From an uncultured Enterobacteriaceae bacterium (GTDB lineage Bacteria; Myxococcota_A; UBA9042), in assembly GCA_964560875.1 (NCBI GenBank), contig CAZLMW010000014.1, positions 22,864 through 86,863 on the forward strand: 64,000 nucleotides of DNA, in the 5' to 3' direction. The position numbers and the translations under genes are program-made. The stretch's first letter is position 1; each line of letters starts with the position of its first letter. The notes under the pieces were generated by a model that saw only the letters and a list, made by a program, of their open reading frames with translations, ran no database searches and had not been told where the DNA came from. This document shows positions 9,701-18,607 of the stretch, one piece after another.

Positions 9701-12700
9701 CTCCTTCGGGTCGCAGATTCCGCTTGAGCACGCGCCATCGAACTTGGAACAGTCGGGCGCTTTTACGCCCCCGGTGCACTTGCCGGACTTGCAGGTGTCG
9801 CCGGCGGTGCAGAACTGCTTGTCGTCGCAGCTGGCGCCGTCCTTGGCCGGCGTCTTGGCGCATTGGAACGTCTTTTCGCCGGTCGACTTGCACGCCGCGA
9901 TCTCGCATTCGCCTGCCGTGCCGGAGCAGTCGACCTTCTTGCCGGCGATGCACTTGCCTTCTTTGCAGTAGTCATTGGCCGTGCAGCCGCTTCCGTCCGC
10001 GTCGCAGAGCGGGGTCGCCGGTCGTGGAATCGGCACGCATTCGTAGCCGGTCTTGGTGTCGACCGAGGCGCGGCAGACCGCCGTGTTGCAGGCGTTGGCG
10101 ACGGTGCTGCAGTCCGCTGGGATGCCGGGGCTGCACTTACCGTTGCTGCACTTGTCGTTGACCGTACACGCGTCGCCGTCCTGGCAGATCGTGCCGTTGG
10201 TCAGCTGGGTCATCTTGCACTTGCCGGTCAGCGGCTGGCACAGGTTCTTTTCGCAGGCCGCGTCGCCGAGCGTGTCGCAGACAATCGGATCCTGCTTGAA
10301 CTTCGGATCGTTGCGGGGCTGGCAGGTGCCGAACTTGGTTCCCTTGGGAACGACGCACTCGAGCCATCCGTCGCACTTGTTGTTGTTGTCGTACTGGTCG
10401 CAGTCCTTCTGGACCTGGCACTGGAAGCAGATCTTGTTGCCGCCGCTGCACAAGCCGCCGTGGCACTTGGTCTTCGCGGTGCAGATGTTGCCGTCGTCGC
10501 ACTTGGTTCCGTTGGGCTCGTCGGTGGTGTGGTTGCAGCCCTTGTCCTTGGTGCACAGGTCCTTGGTGCAGTCGTTGCCGTCGGAGCAGTCGATCTTGGT
10601 GCCCACGCACTTACCGAGGCCGTCGCACCGGTCGGAGGTGCACTTATCGCCGTCATCGCAAACCGTCGTGGTGCTCTGGACGGGCAGGAAGACGCACGCG
10701 GACTTGGGCGCGTTGGAGTCTTTGGGATCGGCCTTCCACTTGGCGTTGCAGCTGTCGAGCGTGCAGGTGTTCTTATCGTTGCAGATCACCGCTTTGACGC
10801 TGCACTTCTTGCCGGCGCACTTGCCCTTTTGGGTGCATGGGTTGCCGTCGTCGCAGGGCTGGAAGCCGTCGAGCGCGTTGTTGACGCAGCCCTTGCCGGT
10901 GCCGTTGGGCGCCGCGGCGGACTTGGGCGGGTCGCACTTATCGTGGGTGCAGTCGTTGCCGTCGTCGCAGGTGTTGAGCTTGTTGCGGCAGCCGGCCTTG
11001 GGATCGCAGCTGTCGACGGTGCACGGGTTGTTGTCGTCGCACTTGAGCGGCAAGCCCTGGCATGAACCGCCGCTGCACTTGTCGTTGAACGTGCAGAGGT
11101 TGCCGTCGCTGCAGGAGACGCCGTCGTTGTCCGCGATCGTGCAGCCATTGGTCGGCGAGCACTGACCGACGACCTTGCGGCACTTCGTCTTGATCTTCGA
11201 GTTGCAGTCGACGATCTGGGACTTGCAGACGCCGTCCTTGTCGCACGTGTCTTTCTCGGTGCACTTGCTGCCGTCGTCGCACGGCAGACCGACCTTCGCC
11301 TTGGCGATGCAAGCGCCGTTGACACACGAGTCTTCGGTGCAAGACGCGCCGTCGTCGCAGTTCTTCTTCTTACCCGCGCACTTGCCGGCGAGGTCGCAGC
11401 GATCGGTGATCGTGCACGGCTGACCGTCGTCGCAGTCCTTGCCGCCCTGGACCACGTTCTTGCAGCCCGCCTTGCCCGCGCAGACGTCGATCGTGCAGGG
11501 GTTCTTGTCGTTGCACGTCACGTCGTCGGACTTGCAGATGCCCTGGTCGCAGCGGTCCTTGACCGTGCAGGGGTTGCCGTCGTCGCACTTGAGCGTGTTG
11601 TCGACCTGGTTGAGACACCCCGAACCCGCCTTGCAGGTGTCGAGCGTGCAGCCGTTGCCGTCGTCGCAGTCGACCTTCTGACCGGAGCACTGGTCGTCCT
11701 TGTCGCACTTGGTCTTGGTCGTGCACGCGTTTCCGTCATCGCACGCCGCGCCGATGCCCTTCTTGGCCTTGTTGCAGCCGAAGATCTTGTCGCAGATGTC
11801 GTCGGTGCAGACGTTGTTGTCGTCGCACAGGCCGGCCTTGAGCGCGTCTTCGCCGTCGCACTTGCCGTTGCTGCACTTGTCCTTGAGCGTGCACTTGTTG
11901 TTGTCGTCGCAAGCCTGGCCGGTGGGCAGCTTGATCGGCGCGCACTGGCCGTTGACCTTCTGGCAGATGTTCTCGATGCACGGCACGTCGGACTTCTTGC
12001 ACTTCACCTCGCTGTTCTTCTTGGGCAGGCAGAGGTTACCGGTGCAGGCGAAGACGCCGTTGCAGAGGTCGCCGTCGTCGTACTTCTTGCAGTCGTCGTC
12101 CTTGAGGCAGGTGCAGGTGTTCTTCGCGTAGATGCACACGCCCTTGTCGCAGGTGTCGCCGGTCGTGCACTTGTTGTTGTCGTCGCAGGTCTCTTTGTCC
12201 TTCTTCTTGGCGTGCAAGCAGCCCTGTTTCGGGTCGCAGCTGTCGACCGTGCATGACTCCTTGTCGTCGCAATTGATCTTCGGGCCGATGCAGGCGCCGA
12301 CCTTGTCGCAGGTCGTCTTCTCGGTGCACTTGCTGCCGTCTTTGCAGGGCGCGCCGTCGGGCTTGAGTTTCTTGAGGCAGGCGCCGGTTTTCGGGTTGCA
12401 GGAGCCGATCGAGCAGATGCCGTCGCCGAGCTTGGCGCAGTCGGGGATGGTCTTCTTGTCGACGTCGCAGACCTTCTTGGTGCCCGCGGTAACGCACTTG
12501 ATAACGCCGTTGCAGGGGTCACCGTCGTCGAGCTTGGTGCAGTCGGACTGCTGGGCGCACTTGGTGCAGTTGTCTTTCACGACGAGGCACTTGCCGGAGT
12601 CGCAGACCTCTTGGGTGGTGCAGGCGAGCCCGTCTTCGCACTTGGTGCCGCCCTTGACGTTGATGTAGGTGCAGCCCTTGTCGGACGCGCAGACGTCGAT

Positions 12701-14296
12701 CGTGCACGTGTTGTTGTCGTTGCAGTCGATGTCCTTGCCGACGCACTTGGCGGCCTTGTTGCAGATGTCGTTGGTGGTGCACTTGTTGTTGTCGTTGCAC
12801 GGGCCTTCGAACTTGGTGTGGCCGCACTTGCCGGCCTGGTCTTTCAGGCACGCGTCGTTGGTGCACGGATCGCCGTCGTTGCAGTTCTTCGCGACGCCCT
12901 TGCAGACGCCGAGATCGCACTTGTCGTTGACCGTGCACGGGTTGTTGTCGCTGCAGAGCCCGGCCTTGGGCGTGTAGAAGCAGCCGGTCTGAGGCGAGCA
13001 CGCGTCGTTGGTGCACGGGTTCTTGTCGTCGCAGTCGCCGGTCTTGGTGTAAGCGTCGCCGTTGCAGACGCCGCCGGTGCAGCGGTCGTTGCTGGTGCAC
13101 TTGTTGGAGTCGGTGCAGTTGGTCACGCCGTCGGCGAGCGGGACGGACACGCACGAGCCCTTCTTCTTGTCGCACTCGTCGAAGGTGCAGTCGTTGGAGT
13201 CGTTGCACTTGAGCGCTTTGCCCTTGCAGCCGCCGGACTGGCACTCGTCGTCGATCGTGCAGGCGTCCCCGTCGCTGCAGACGCCGCCGTCGGCGACCGG
13301 CGTGAACGTGGTCTTGCCCGACGTCGCGTTGCACTTGGCCTTGACGCACGGGTTGGGCGCCTTGGCGTCGTCCTTGAGCTGACCTTTGCAGATGCCGGCT
13401 TTGCACTCGTCTTTGTCGGTGCACTTGGAGCCGTCGTCGCAGGTCACGCCGTCTTGGCGCACCTTGAACTTGCAGCCGTCAGCCTTGTCGCAGCTGTCGG
13501 TCGTGCAGGGGTTCTTGTCGTCGCAGGTGACCTTGACGCCGCCGCCGCAGACGCCCTTGGTGCATTCGGTCTTGTCGGTGCACTTGTTGCCGTCGTTGCA
13601 GATCGTCTTGTCGGCCTTGTTGATGTTCACGCAGCCGTCGGCCTTCTTGCACAGGTCGTCGGTGCACTCGTTCTTATCGTCGCAATCCTTGGCGGTGATG
13701 ATGTCGCCAAAGCAGCCGCCGAGCTTGCAGGTGTCGTTCTTGGTGCACTTGTTGTCGTCGTCGCAGTCCTTGGCCGCGGTCGACGAGATGTTGGTCCAGG
13801 CGCACGATCCGTCGGTCTTGCAGGCGGGTTCGACGCACTCGGCGACCTTGCCGGGAGGCGCTTTGCCCTTGCAGGCCGCGCCAGTTCCCTTGGTGCCCTT
13901 TTGGCACTTGCCGTTCTTGCACGTGCCTTCAGCGGTGCACTCCCAGCCGTCATCGCAAGCGCCACCGTCCTTGATCGGCTGGGCTTTGCAGCTGCCGGAG
14001 ACGCACGCGGCTTCCATGCAGGCTTGACCGTCGATGCCGAGATCCTTCTTGGAGCAGTCGGCGGCCTTGGTGCAGTCGGCAGCGGGGCCAGTGTCCTTGT
14101 CCCCGGTCCCTGTGTCGGTCGATTTCACGTCGGCGTTGATACCGCCGGTGTCGGCGGTGTCTTCATCACCTACCGAAGTGTCTTCTCCGCCAGGCGGCGT
14201 CACCGGATCCGAACATCCGATCGCGACCGCGAGCAACGCGATCGCAAAAAACGATGTCAGGCTTTTGCCGCAAGGGCACCATTGAGAGTAGCGCAT
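6758..14296 (-). CDS. giant (2,512 aa) secreted lipoprotein: ~45 Dictyostelium-type CTDC cysteine repeats plus three C-terminal MAM/galactose-binding-like beta-sandwich domains
   Basis: N-terminus MRYSQW...FFAIALLAVAIGCS has a lipobox. SD GAGGGGAAGGA lies upstream of ATG 14296. The body is tandem ~26-aa units 'CDDxNxCTxDxCxxxxGC' (the Pfam Dicty_CTDC pattern). The tail has 'GWVKIDDVMLAGNCG', 'FMLDSIAIQGLC' and 'GYIDNITIICK' MAM-like endings. Confidence 0.9.
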   Translation of the reverse strand: MRYSQWCPCGKSLTSFFAIALLAVAIGCSDPVTPPGGEDTSVGDEDTADTGGINADVKSTDTGTGDKDTGPAADCTKAADCSKKDLGIDGQACMEAACVSGSCKAQPIKDGGACDDGWECTAEGTCKNGKCQKGTKGTGAACKGKAPPGKVAECVEPACKTDGSCAWTNISSTAAKDCDDDNKCTKNDTCKLGGCFGDIITAKDCDDKNECTDDLCKKADGCVNINKADKTICNDGNKCTDKTECTKGVCGGGVKVTCDDKNPCTTDSCDKADGCKFKVRQDGVTCDDGSKCTDKDECKAGICKGQLKDDAKAPNPCVKAKCNATSGKTTFTPVADGGVCSDGDACTIDDECQSGGCKGKALKCNDSNDCTFDECDKKKGSCVSVPLADGVTNCTDSNKCTSNDRCTGGVCNGDAYTKTGDCDDKNPCTNDACSPQTGCFYTPKAGLCSDNNPCTVNDKCDLGVCKGVAKNCNDGDPCTNDACLKDQAGKCGHTKFEGPCNDNNKCTTNDICNKAAKCVGKDIDCNDNNTCTIDVCASDKGCTYINVKGGTKCEDGLACTTQEVCDSGKCLVVKDNCTKCAQQSDCTKLDDGDPCNGVIKCVTAGTKKVCDVDKKTIPDCAKLGDGICSIGSCNPKTGACLKKLKPDGAPCKDGSKCTEKTTCDKVGACIGPKINCDDKESCTVDSCDPKQGCLHAKKKDKETCDDNNKCTTGDTCDKGVCIYAKNTCTCLKDDDCKKYDDGDLCNGVFACTGNLCLPKKNSEVKCKKSDVPCIENICQKVNGQCAPIKLPTGQACDDNNKCTLKDKCSNGKCDGEDALKAGLCDDNNVCTDDICDKIFGCNKAKKGIGAACDDGNACTTKTKCDKDDQCSGQKVDCDDGNGCTLDTCKAGSGCLNQVDNTLKCDDGNPCTVKDRCDQGICKSDDVTCNDKNPCTIDVCAGKAGCKNVVQGGKDCDDGQPCTITDRCDLAGKCAGKKKNCDDGASCTEDSCVNGACIAKAKVGLPCDDGSKCTEKDTCDKDGVCKSQIVDCNSKIKTKCRKVVGQCSPTNGCTIADNDGVSCSDGNLCTFNDKCSGGSCQGLPLKCDDNNPCTVDSCDPKAGCRNKLNTCDDGNDCTHDKCDPPKSAAAPNGTGKGCVNNALDGFQPCDDGNPCTQKGKCAGKKCSVKAVICNDKNTCTLDSCNAKWKADPKDSNAPKSACVFLPVQSTTTVCDDGDKCTSDRCDGLGKCVGTKIDCSDGNDCTKDLCTKDKGCNHTTDEPNGTKCDDGNICTAKTKCHGGLCSGGNKICFQCQVQKDCDQYDNNNKCDGWLECVVPKGTKFGTCQPRNDPKFKQDPIVCDTLGDAACEKNLCQPLTGKCKMTQLTNGTICQDGDACTVNDKCSNGKCSPGIPADCSTVANACNTAVCRASVDTKTGYECVPIPRPATPLCDADGSGCTANDYCKEGKCIAGKKVDCSGTAGECEIAACKSTGEKTFQCAKTPAKDGASCDDKQFCTAGDTCKSGKCTGGVKAPDCSKFDGACSSGICDPKENGGFGACQPKIKPGSDKKPCDADGNGCTVNDICANGVCVAGAPPNCAKLNGACTVGACKSTGALQFECVAAPTREAKPCEADKNGCTIGDRCVKGKCTAGTPADCKAKGDGKCLVGTCKSLSNAQYTCIGSPAKTGSPCDSDGNGCTRNDACNDKGACQPGPTVNCNKDSGTCAIGTCVSVGTDKFECKGAAKPDNTPCDADGNGCTEKDKCQGGKCVAGKAPDCSAHTKGACVLGGCTNKGSDKYLCEPYPRKNGQTCNADNDGCTKNDACEGGTCTKGAIETCKSVAGPCVNEKCQSKGSNDFKCLVAAKESYKTLDPPTACTPTTGKAQDTCLKGYLCGQTGTVEVVDPKDKTKKIKIKKGLCQPSVQVTCDDGSQCTQSDVCHGGSCTGQSSKDCDDRDPCTLDACVAKDGTCSHKKIAGCVKCIDDDFEPDDKAGLPTFKDWAPSSKHPKHVSFKLDKAGAIDNSQLGVIAQWKGQLKYKDHTGKLVTEEKPIPVRLLHRRYYLRKGTIPPVFQFKLLTKFTDQGCAREVVQVVINNEVQWQQCKTTPSTEIKGSDTSQFIQLPLAKWAGDTVDIEFRVWADGKDTTSGGWVKIDDVMLAGNCGPGCLAAGFETVGLNPPYEPDPKLPNAKPPELPPFIPANVQPTASAANYFSWKLVTKGTHTGRGAVQAKYSGAPPGGKAQTASLRMPIIRPVAKDTLYFAMKLEDTGAAGDELSVIAHQWDKTESSIVGSTSIFKRTVTKPGWSVVKIDLSAYAGKSIDLEWRAKTATAKGAKGTFMLDSIAIQGLCQYACFRESWDLYGIKKWQVLTKDKKKSAKLSTTQAKTKPNSLYVTHGSGINDKVPLIVGSKPGSNLMIQGSVSGMSWEYDANIFMNKKLCPAPGVPATGNIDTVNIKGQYQDYIDSFETAQLGPNDPRWFSIHGQCESSSGWKRFKGKVPDEGLGRVFIPQIWVTSPKVVTDLKGYIDNITIICK

Positions 14297-14613
14297 GGCT
14301 TCCTTCCCCTCAGACCGCTATTCGTGTACCGCAAGTGCCTCGACAGGGGGGGACAGGCACTTTACTGGTGGAACAGGGGCACGTTCGTACTTTCAGACGC
14401 GCTCTGGAGATTAGCAGATGCCGCGAGAGAGCGGCAACAACACGACGATTGGAACACGGATCGGTGTCATGTCACCACAGTATCTGTACGCGAAGATCGG
14501 TCCAGAATTGATCGGGCACTGGTGCGCTTGTACCCTTCGGGCCAGCCTGCGGAGGCGACATGAGACAGTTTTTGGCCACAACTCGTACCAAAAGGGCCAC
14601 TGAAGGGGCTTTT

Positions 14614-16548
14614 ATGGGGCGTTGTGACCTCGCATCGCCGGCCCTTGTTGCGGTTGTTGTCCTCGTCATCGCGGCTTGCGGTGGTGATCCGGAGTCGGGC
14701 AGCGGCACAGCCGGGTCATCTGGCGGCAGCAACGACGCTGGTGCGGGGACCGTTGGCGACGGTGAGGACGACACCGGCCTGCGGTTCAATTTCGACACGT
14801 CCGGTGGTGGCGGCGACGACACGATCGAGCCCGGCACGTTCGGCGCGCCTTGCAAGACCAACTCGGAGTGCGACTCGACCCTCTGCATCCAGACGGCCGA
14901 CGGCCAGGTGTGCAGCAGGACGTGCATCGAGGACTGCCCCAGCGGCTTTGAATGCCTCGAAAACAAGGTGGCTGGCGGCGACACCGTCTTCATGTGCCTG
15001 CCGCGCTGGCTGCGGCTGTGCGACCCCTGCAACGAGAACAAGGAATGCAACGCTGAGGGCAAGTCGGGCAACGTGTGCGTTTCGTTTGGCAAGAACGGCA
15101 GCTACTGCGGCGTCAAGTGCGAGTTCGACAAGGAATGCCCCACCGGCTACGAGTGCTCGTCGGTGACCGATGCGTCGACCGGCACCAAGTCCAAGCAATG
15201 CGCGGTGACCGCGGGACTGTGCTCGTGCAGCAAGCGCGCCGAGGACCTCGGGCTGACCACCAAGTGCCAGAATTCCTTCCAGGGCGCGGTCTGTGATGGC
15301 ATCCGCAAGTGCCGACCCGGCGGGCTATCCGATTGCAGTGCCGAGGTCCCCAAGCCCGAAGAGTGCAACGGCATCGACGACGACTGCGACGGCAAGACCG
15401 ATAACTTCGACGGCGGCGGCGGCAAGTGCAAAGGCAAGAAGAACGATTTCGGTCAGTGCGAGGGCGTCATCACCGCTTGCAACAACGGCAAGGTCACGTG
15501 CGATGCGCCGGCCGCGCAGCCTGAGAAATGCAATGGCAAGGACGACGACTGCGACGGCGACACGGACGAAGGCCTGTGCGACGACGGCAAACCCTGCACG
15601 CAGGACCTGTGCAACACCGACGGGTCGTGCAAGCACACCAAGGTCGCGGGGATGAAGTGCGACGACGGCAACATCTGCACGCAGACCGATAAGTGCAAAG
15701 CGGGCAAGTGCGTCGGCGGCAACACCCTCGACTGCGACGACCAGGACGCTTGTTCGTCCGACTCGTGCGACAAGCTGACCGGCTGCAAACACAAGCCCAA
15801 CTCCGCTGCAAGCTGCAAAGACGACGGCAACGTGTGCACCCAGGACGTGTGCCAGGCCGGCTCGTGCGTGCATCCGCCCGTCAAGGAAGGCAGCCCGTGC
15901 CCCGATGACGGCCAAGCGTGCACGCAGGACATTTGCAACAACAAGATCTGCCTGCACCAGCCCAAGGACGGCAAGAAGTGCGTCAGCGACGGCAACCCGT
16001 GCACTGCGGACGTCTGCCACAACGGCAAGTGCGCCCACAAGCCGTCCAATGGGGGCAAGTGCCTCGACGACGGCAAGCCCTGCACGCTCGATGTGTGCGA
16101 GCTCGGCAAGTGCATTCACAAGCAGTCCAGCGGCGGCAAGTGCGAAGACGGCAACCCGTGCACGCTCAACGACAAGTGCCTCGGCGGCAACTGCCTGGCC
16201 GGCACGTTCAAGAGCTGCAACGACGGCAACCCGTGCACCAAGGACGCCTGCGATCCCAAGAAGGGGTGCCAGCACGCCAACAACGACTACGCGCCATGTC
16301 AGGCCAAGAGCGGCACCTGCCCGACCGGCATCTGCTGGGGCGGCGGCTGCCAGAGCAAGCCCAACGAGCCGTGTTCGACGAAGGTCAAGGTCGGCCTGTG
16401 CAGCTCGGTTCCGGTGACCGGCAAATGCAGCGCGTCGGGTAAGTGCTCACCAACGAGCAGTCCCAAGCAGGTGACGTGCACCATCAACTGCCAGGGCTTC
16501 TGCATCAACTGCCTCGGCATCCAGCTCTGCATCCCGATCAACTACTGA
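14614..16548 (+). CDS. secreted cysteine-rich lipoprotein (MopE-like CxGxDDDCDG motifs plus CTDC repeats); alternative start ATG 14560
   Basis: MGRCDLASPALVAVVVLVIAACGG has a lipobox, with GAAGGGG SD 7 nt upstream. 'EECNGIDDDCDGKTD' and 'EKCNGKDDDCDGDTDEG' motifs are followed by ~12 'CxDDGNxCTxDxC' repeats. It is divergent from the 2,512-aa gene with a 260-bp shared upstream region. Confidence 0.85.
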   Translation: MGRCDLASPALVAVVVLVIAACGGDPESGSGTAGSSGGSNDAGAGTVGDGEDDTGLRFNFDTSGGGGDDTIEPGTFGAPCKTNSECDSTLCIQTADGQVCSRTCIEDCPSGFECLENKVAGGDTVFMCLPRWLRLCDPCNENKECNAEGKSGNVCVSFGKNGSYCGVKCEFDKECPTGYECSSVTDASTGTKSKQCAVTAGLCSCSKRAEDLGLTTKCQNSFQGAVCDGIRKCRPGGLSDCSAEVPKPEECNGIDDDCDGKTDNFDGGGGKCKGKKNDFGQCEGVITACNNGKVTCDAPAAQPEKCNGKDDDCDGDTDEGLCDDGKPCTQDLCNTDGSCKHTKVAGMKCDDGNICTQTDKCKAGKCVGGNTLDCDDQDACSSDSCDKLTGCKHKPNSAASCKDDGNVCTQDVCQAGSCVHPPVKEGSPCPDDGQACTQDICNNKICLHQPKDGKKCVSDGNPCTADVCHNGKCAHKPSNGGKCLDDGKPCTLDVCELGKCIHKQSSGGKCEDGNPCTLNDKCLGGNCLAGTFKSCNDGNPCTKDACDPKKGCQHANNDYAPCQAKSGTCPTGICWGGGCQSKPNEPCSTKVKVGLCSSVPVTGKCSASGKCSPTSSPKQVTCTINCQGFCINCLGIQLCIPINY

Positions 16549-16561
16549 TCCGGGGGTGTGA

Positions 16562-17761
16562 CTACTGGTTGCGGCGCTTGATGTGGGCGCGTTTGTCCGT
16601 GGGCGGGGAGCCGAGGACGCTCTTTGCGGCGGGTTCTTCGGCGAGGTGGGCAGCAAAGAACGCGCTGACCCAGCGGGCTGTGATGTTGATGGCCTCGGCG
16701 ACCGGGATGTAGGTGAACGGGCTGCCGTCTGTCTGGCGCACGCCTTTGCCGCACCCGGCGAACCAGCCGTCGGCGAGGCCCGCGAGATCGGCGACCGAAA
16801 AATGCCCGGCGTCGTCGATTTCGAGCTTCCAGGCCGGCGTCTTGGCGGCGTCGAAGTTGCCGCGGATGAGGGTGTTGCCGACTTCGGTGATGCTGTTGTC
16901 TTCGCGCGCCACGACGAAGAGCACGGGCACCTTGATGTTGGCCATCTTCACGCCGGGGATGAGCGGGTTTTCCATTGGGGCGGCGAGGCCGGCGACGGCC
17001 TTGATGCGTGGGTCGGCCTGGGTGAGCGCGCCGGCGGTGACGCTGCCGAAGCTGTGCCCGTAGATGCCGACGCGGGCGGGGTCGATGCGGCCTCGAACGG
17101 CTTGGGGGAGGGCGGTTGCGGCGGGATCAACCAGCATGTCGAGCGCGAATTTCACGTCGCCCACACGCAGATCGAGCCACTTCTTGGAGAGATCACCGCC
17201 CTTGCCCGCGAGCGAGTCGAACATCGTGTTGCCCGCGTGGTCCGGGGCGATAACGACGATGCCGTGCGAGGCCAGTCGTTCGGCGATGCTGAAGCTCGAA
17301 AAGCGGATGCACGTATGGCAATGCGAGAACACCACGGCAGGCAGGCCATTGGCGGAGGGGCCCGTGTCGGCGGTGGCGGGGCCGTCGCGGTGTGCTCCGG
17401 TGTTGCGGGTTGTGCACTGCGTTGCCGAGGTGGCGAGCTGCGATGCGAGGGTCTTGGCGTCGGCGCCTTCGGTGACGAAGCCTTCGGTCTTGCCGGTCTG
17501 GACGGTGGCGGCCTTGCCGTTGGCGTCGACGCGGGCGACGGACGGGTACCAGACCTCGAAGATCAGCTCGCGCTTGGTCTTGGGATCTGTTGCTTTGAAG
17601 GTGCGGTGGGCGACGACGTAGCGGCCGGGGTTGTCATAGTCCGACGGTTGCAGTTCGACGGTCTTCGGCGCGCTATCGTCGCCGCCGCGATTGTCTACAG
17701 CGCTCGAGCACGCCAACCCAAGTATCGCCACCGCTAACACGGTCGCGTGATCCAGCTTCAT
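16562..17761 (-). CDS. secreted lipoprotein alpha/beta hydrolase, PAF-acetylhydrolase/lipase-like
   Basis: Start at the internal MKLDHATVLAVAILGLACSS (lipobox). 'YGHSFGSV' is the nucleophile elbow. It lies 13 nt downstream of the carbonic-anhydrase gene on the same strand. Confidence 0.7.
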   Translation of the reverse strand: MKLDHATVLAVAILGLACSSAVDNRGGDDSAPKTVELQPSDYDNPGRYVVAHRTFKATDPKTKRELIFEVWYPSVARVDANGKAATVQTGKTEGFVTEGADAKTLASQLATSATQCTTRNTGAHRDGPATADTGPSANGLPAVVFSHCHTCIRFSSFSIAERLASHGIVVIAPDHAGNTMFDSLAGKGGDLSKKWLDLRVGDVKFALDMLVDPAATALPQAVRGRIDPARVGIYGHSFGSVTAGALTQADPRIKAVAGLAAPMENPLIPGVKMANIKVPVLFVVAREDNSITEVGNTLIRGNFDAAKTPAWKLEIDDAGHFSVADLAGLADGWFAGCGKGVRQTDGSPFTYIPVAEAINITARWVSAFFAAHLAEEPAAKSVLGSPPTDKRAHIKRRNQ

Positions 17762-17774
17762 GGTCTTGGCTCGC

Positions 17775-18410
17775 TCAACTGTCCAGGTGATAGATCTCGC
17801 GGATATCGGCCAGGATCTCGCTGAAGGGCACTTCGAGATCGTGCAACAAGCCCTCATCCAACGAGTACACCCAGCCGTGCACGATCGGATAGCCGGTCTT
17901 GAGAAACGCCTTCTGTACACACGCTGTCTTGATGACGTTCACGGCCTGATCGATGACGTTGAGTTCAACGAGGCGTCGGTACCGCTTTTCCTCATCCTCG
18001 ATGGCCATCAACTCTTCGCGGTGACTGCGGAAGACGTCGCGCACTTCGCGTAGCCAGCCGTTGAGGGTCCCCAGGTCGGCGGACTGCATCGCTGCCTGCA
18101 CGCCACCGCAGCCGTAGTGGCCACAAACGACGACGTGCCTTACGCCCAGGTGCGTTACGGCGTACTCGATAACGCTCTGGCCGTTGAGGTCGGTGTTGAC
18201 CACAAGGTTGGCGACGTTGCGGTGAACGAATACTGCGCCGGGCTCCAGGCCCATGATAACGTTCGCGGGCACGCGGCTGTCGGCGCAACCGATGTAGAGA
18301 AAGTCGGGATCTTGCCCCTTGGCCAACTCCGTGAAGAATTCGGGGTTGGATGAGCGGGTCTTAGCGACCCAGCGGCGGTTGTTCTCGAATACTTCTTGGT
18401 AGCGCTTCAC
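17775..18410 (-). CDS. beta-class carbonic anhydrase
   Basis: MKRYQEVFENNRRWV...IGCADSRVP...VVCGHYGCGG carries the beta-CA zinc ligands (CxDxR, HxxC). Confidence 0.9.
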   Translation of the reverse strand: MKRYQEVFENNRRWVAKTRSSNPEFFTELAKGQDPDFLYIGCADSRVPANVIMGLEPGAVFVHRNVANLVVNTDLNGQSVIEYAVTHLGVRHVVVCGHYGCGGVQAAMQSADLGTLNGWLREVRDVFRSHREELMAIEDEEKRYRRLVELNVIDQAVNVIKTACVQKAFLKTGYPIVHGWVYSLDEGLLHDLEVPFSEILADIREIYHLDS

Positions 18411-18607
18411 AGGCTAACTCCAGCGGCAGTTGGGGCGTAAGGCCGCTATTGTTGCGATATGTCCGCCGCGCGCAAGCCGTCTCGCACAACTCCACAAAGA
18501 GACTCGATTTCGGCGCTCATGACGAGTCGCACAGCGCCGCGAATGCGCGACCATGCTGGGGCGTTGGGTAACACGACGAGGGGCCAACCGGCGTGTAGAC
18601 TTCGCGC

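Noticed and set aside
6911-13424. Many 100-650-aa ORFs on both strands inside the 2,512-aa gene (e.g. 12611..14563 +, 8940..9971 +)
   Set aside because: These are alternative frames of a highly repetitive GC-rich gene. Only the frame giving the Cys-ladder repeats is coherent.
14297-14613. Sigma-54 (-24/-12) promoter in the divergent region between the two giant lipoprotein genes ('ctggtggaacaggggcacg')
   Set aside because: There is no proper TGGCAC-N5-TTGC spacing on either strand.
16583-17737. 384-aa plus ORF
   Set aside because: It is antisense to the lipoprotein hydrolase with its GHSFG motif.
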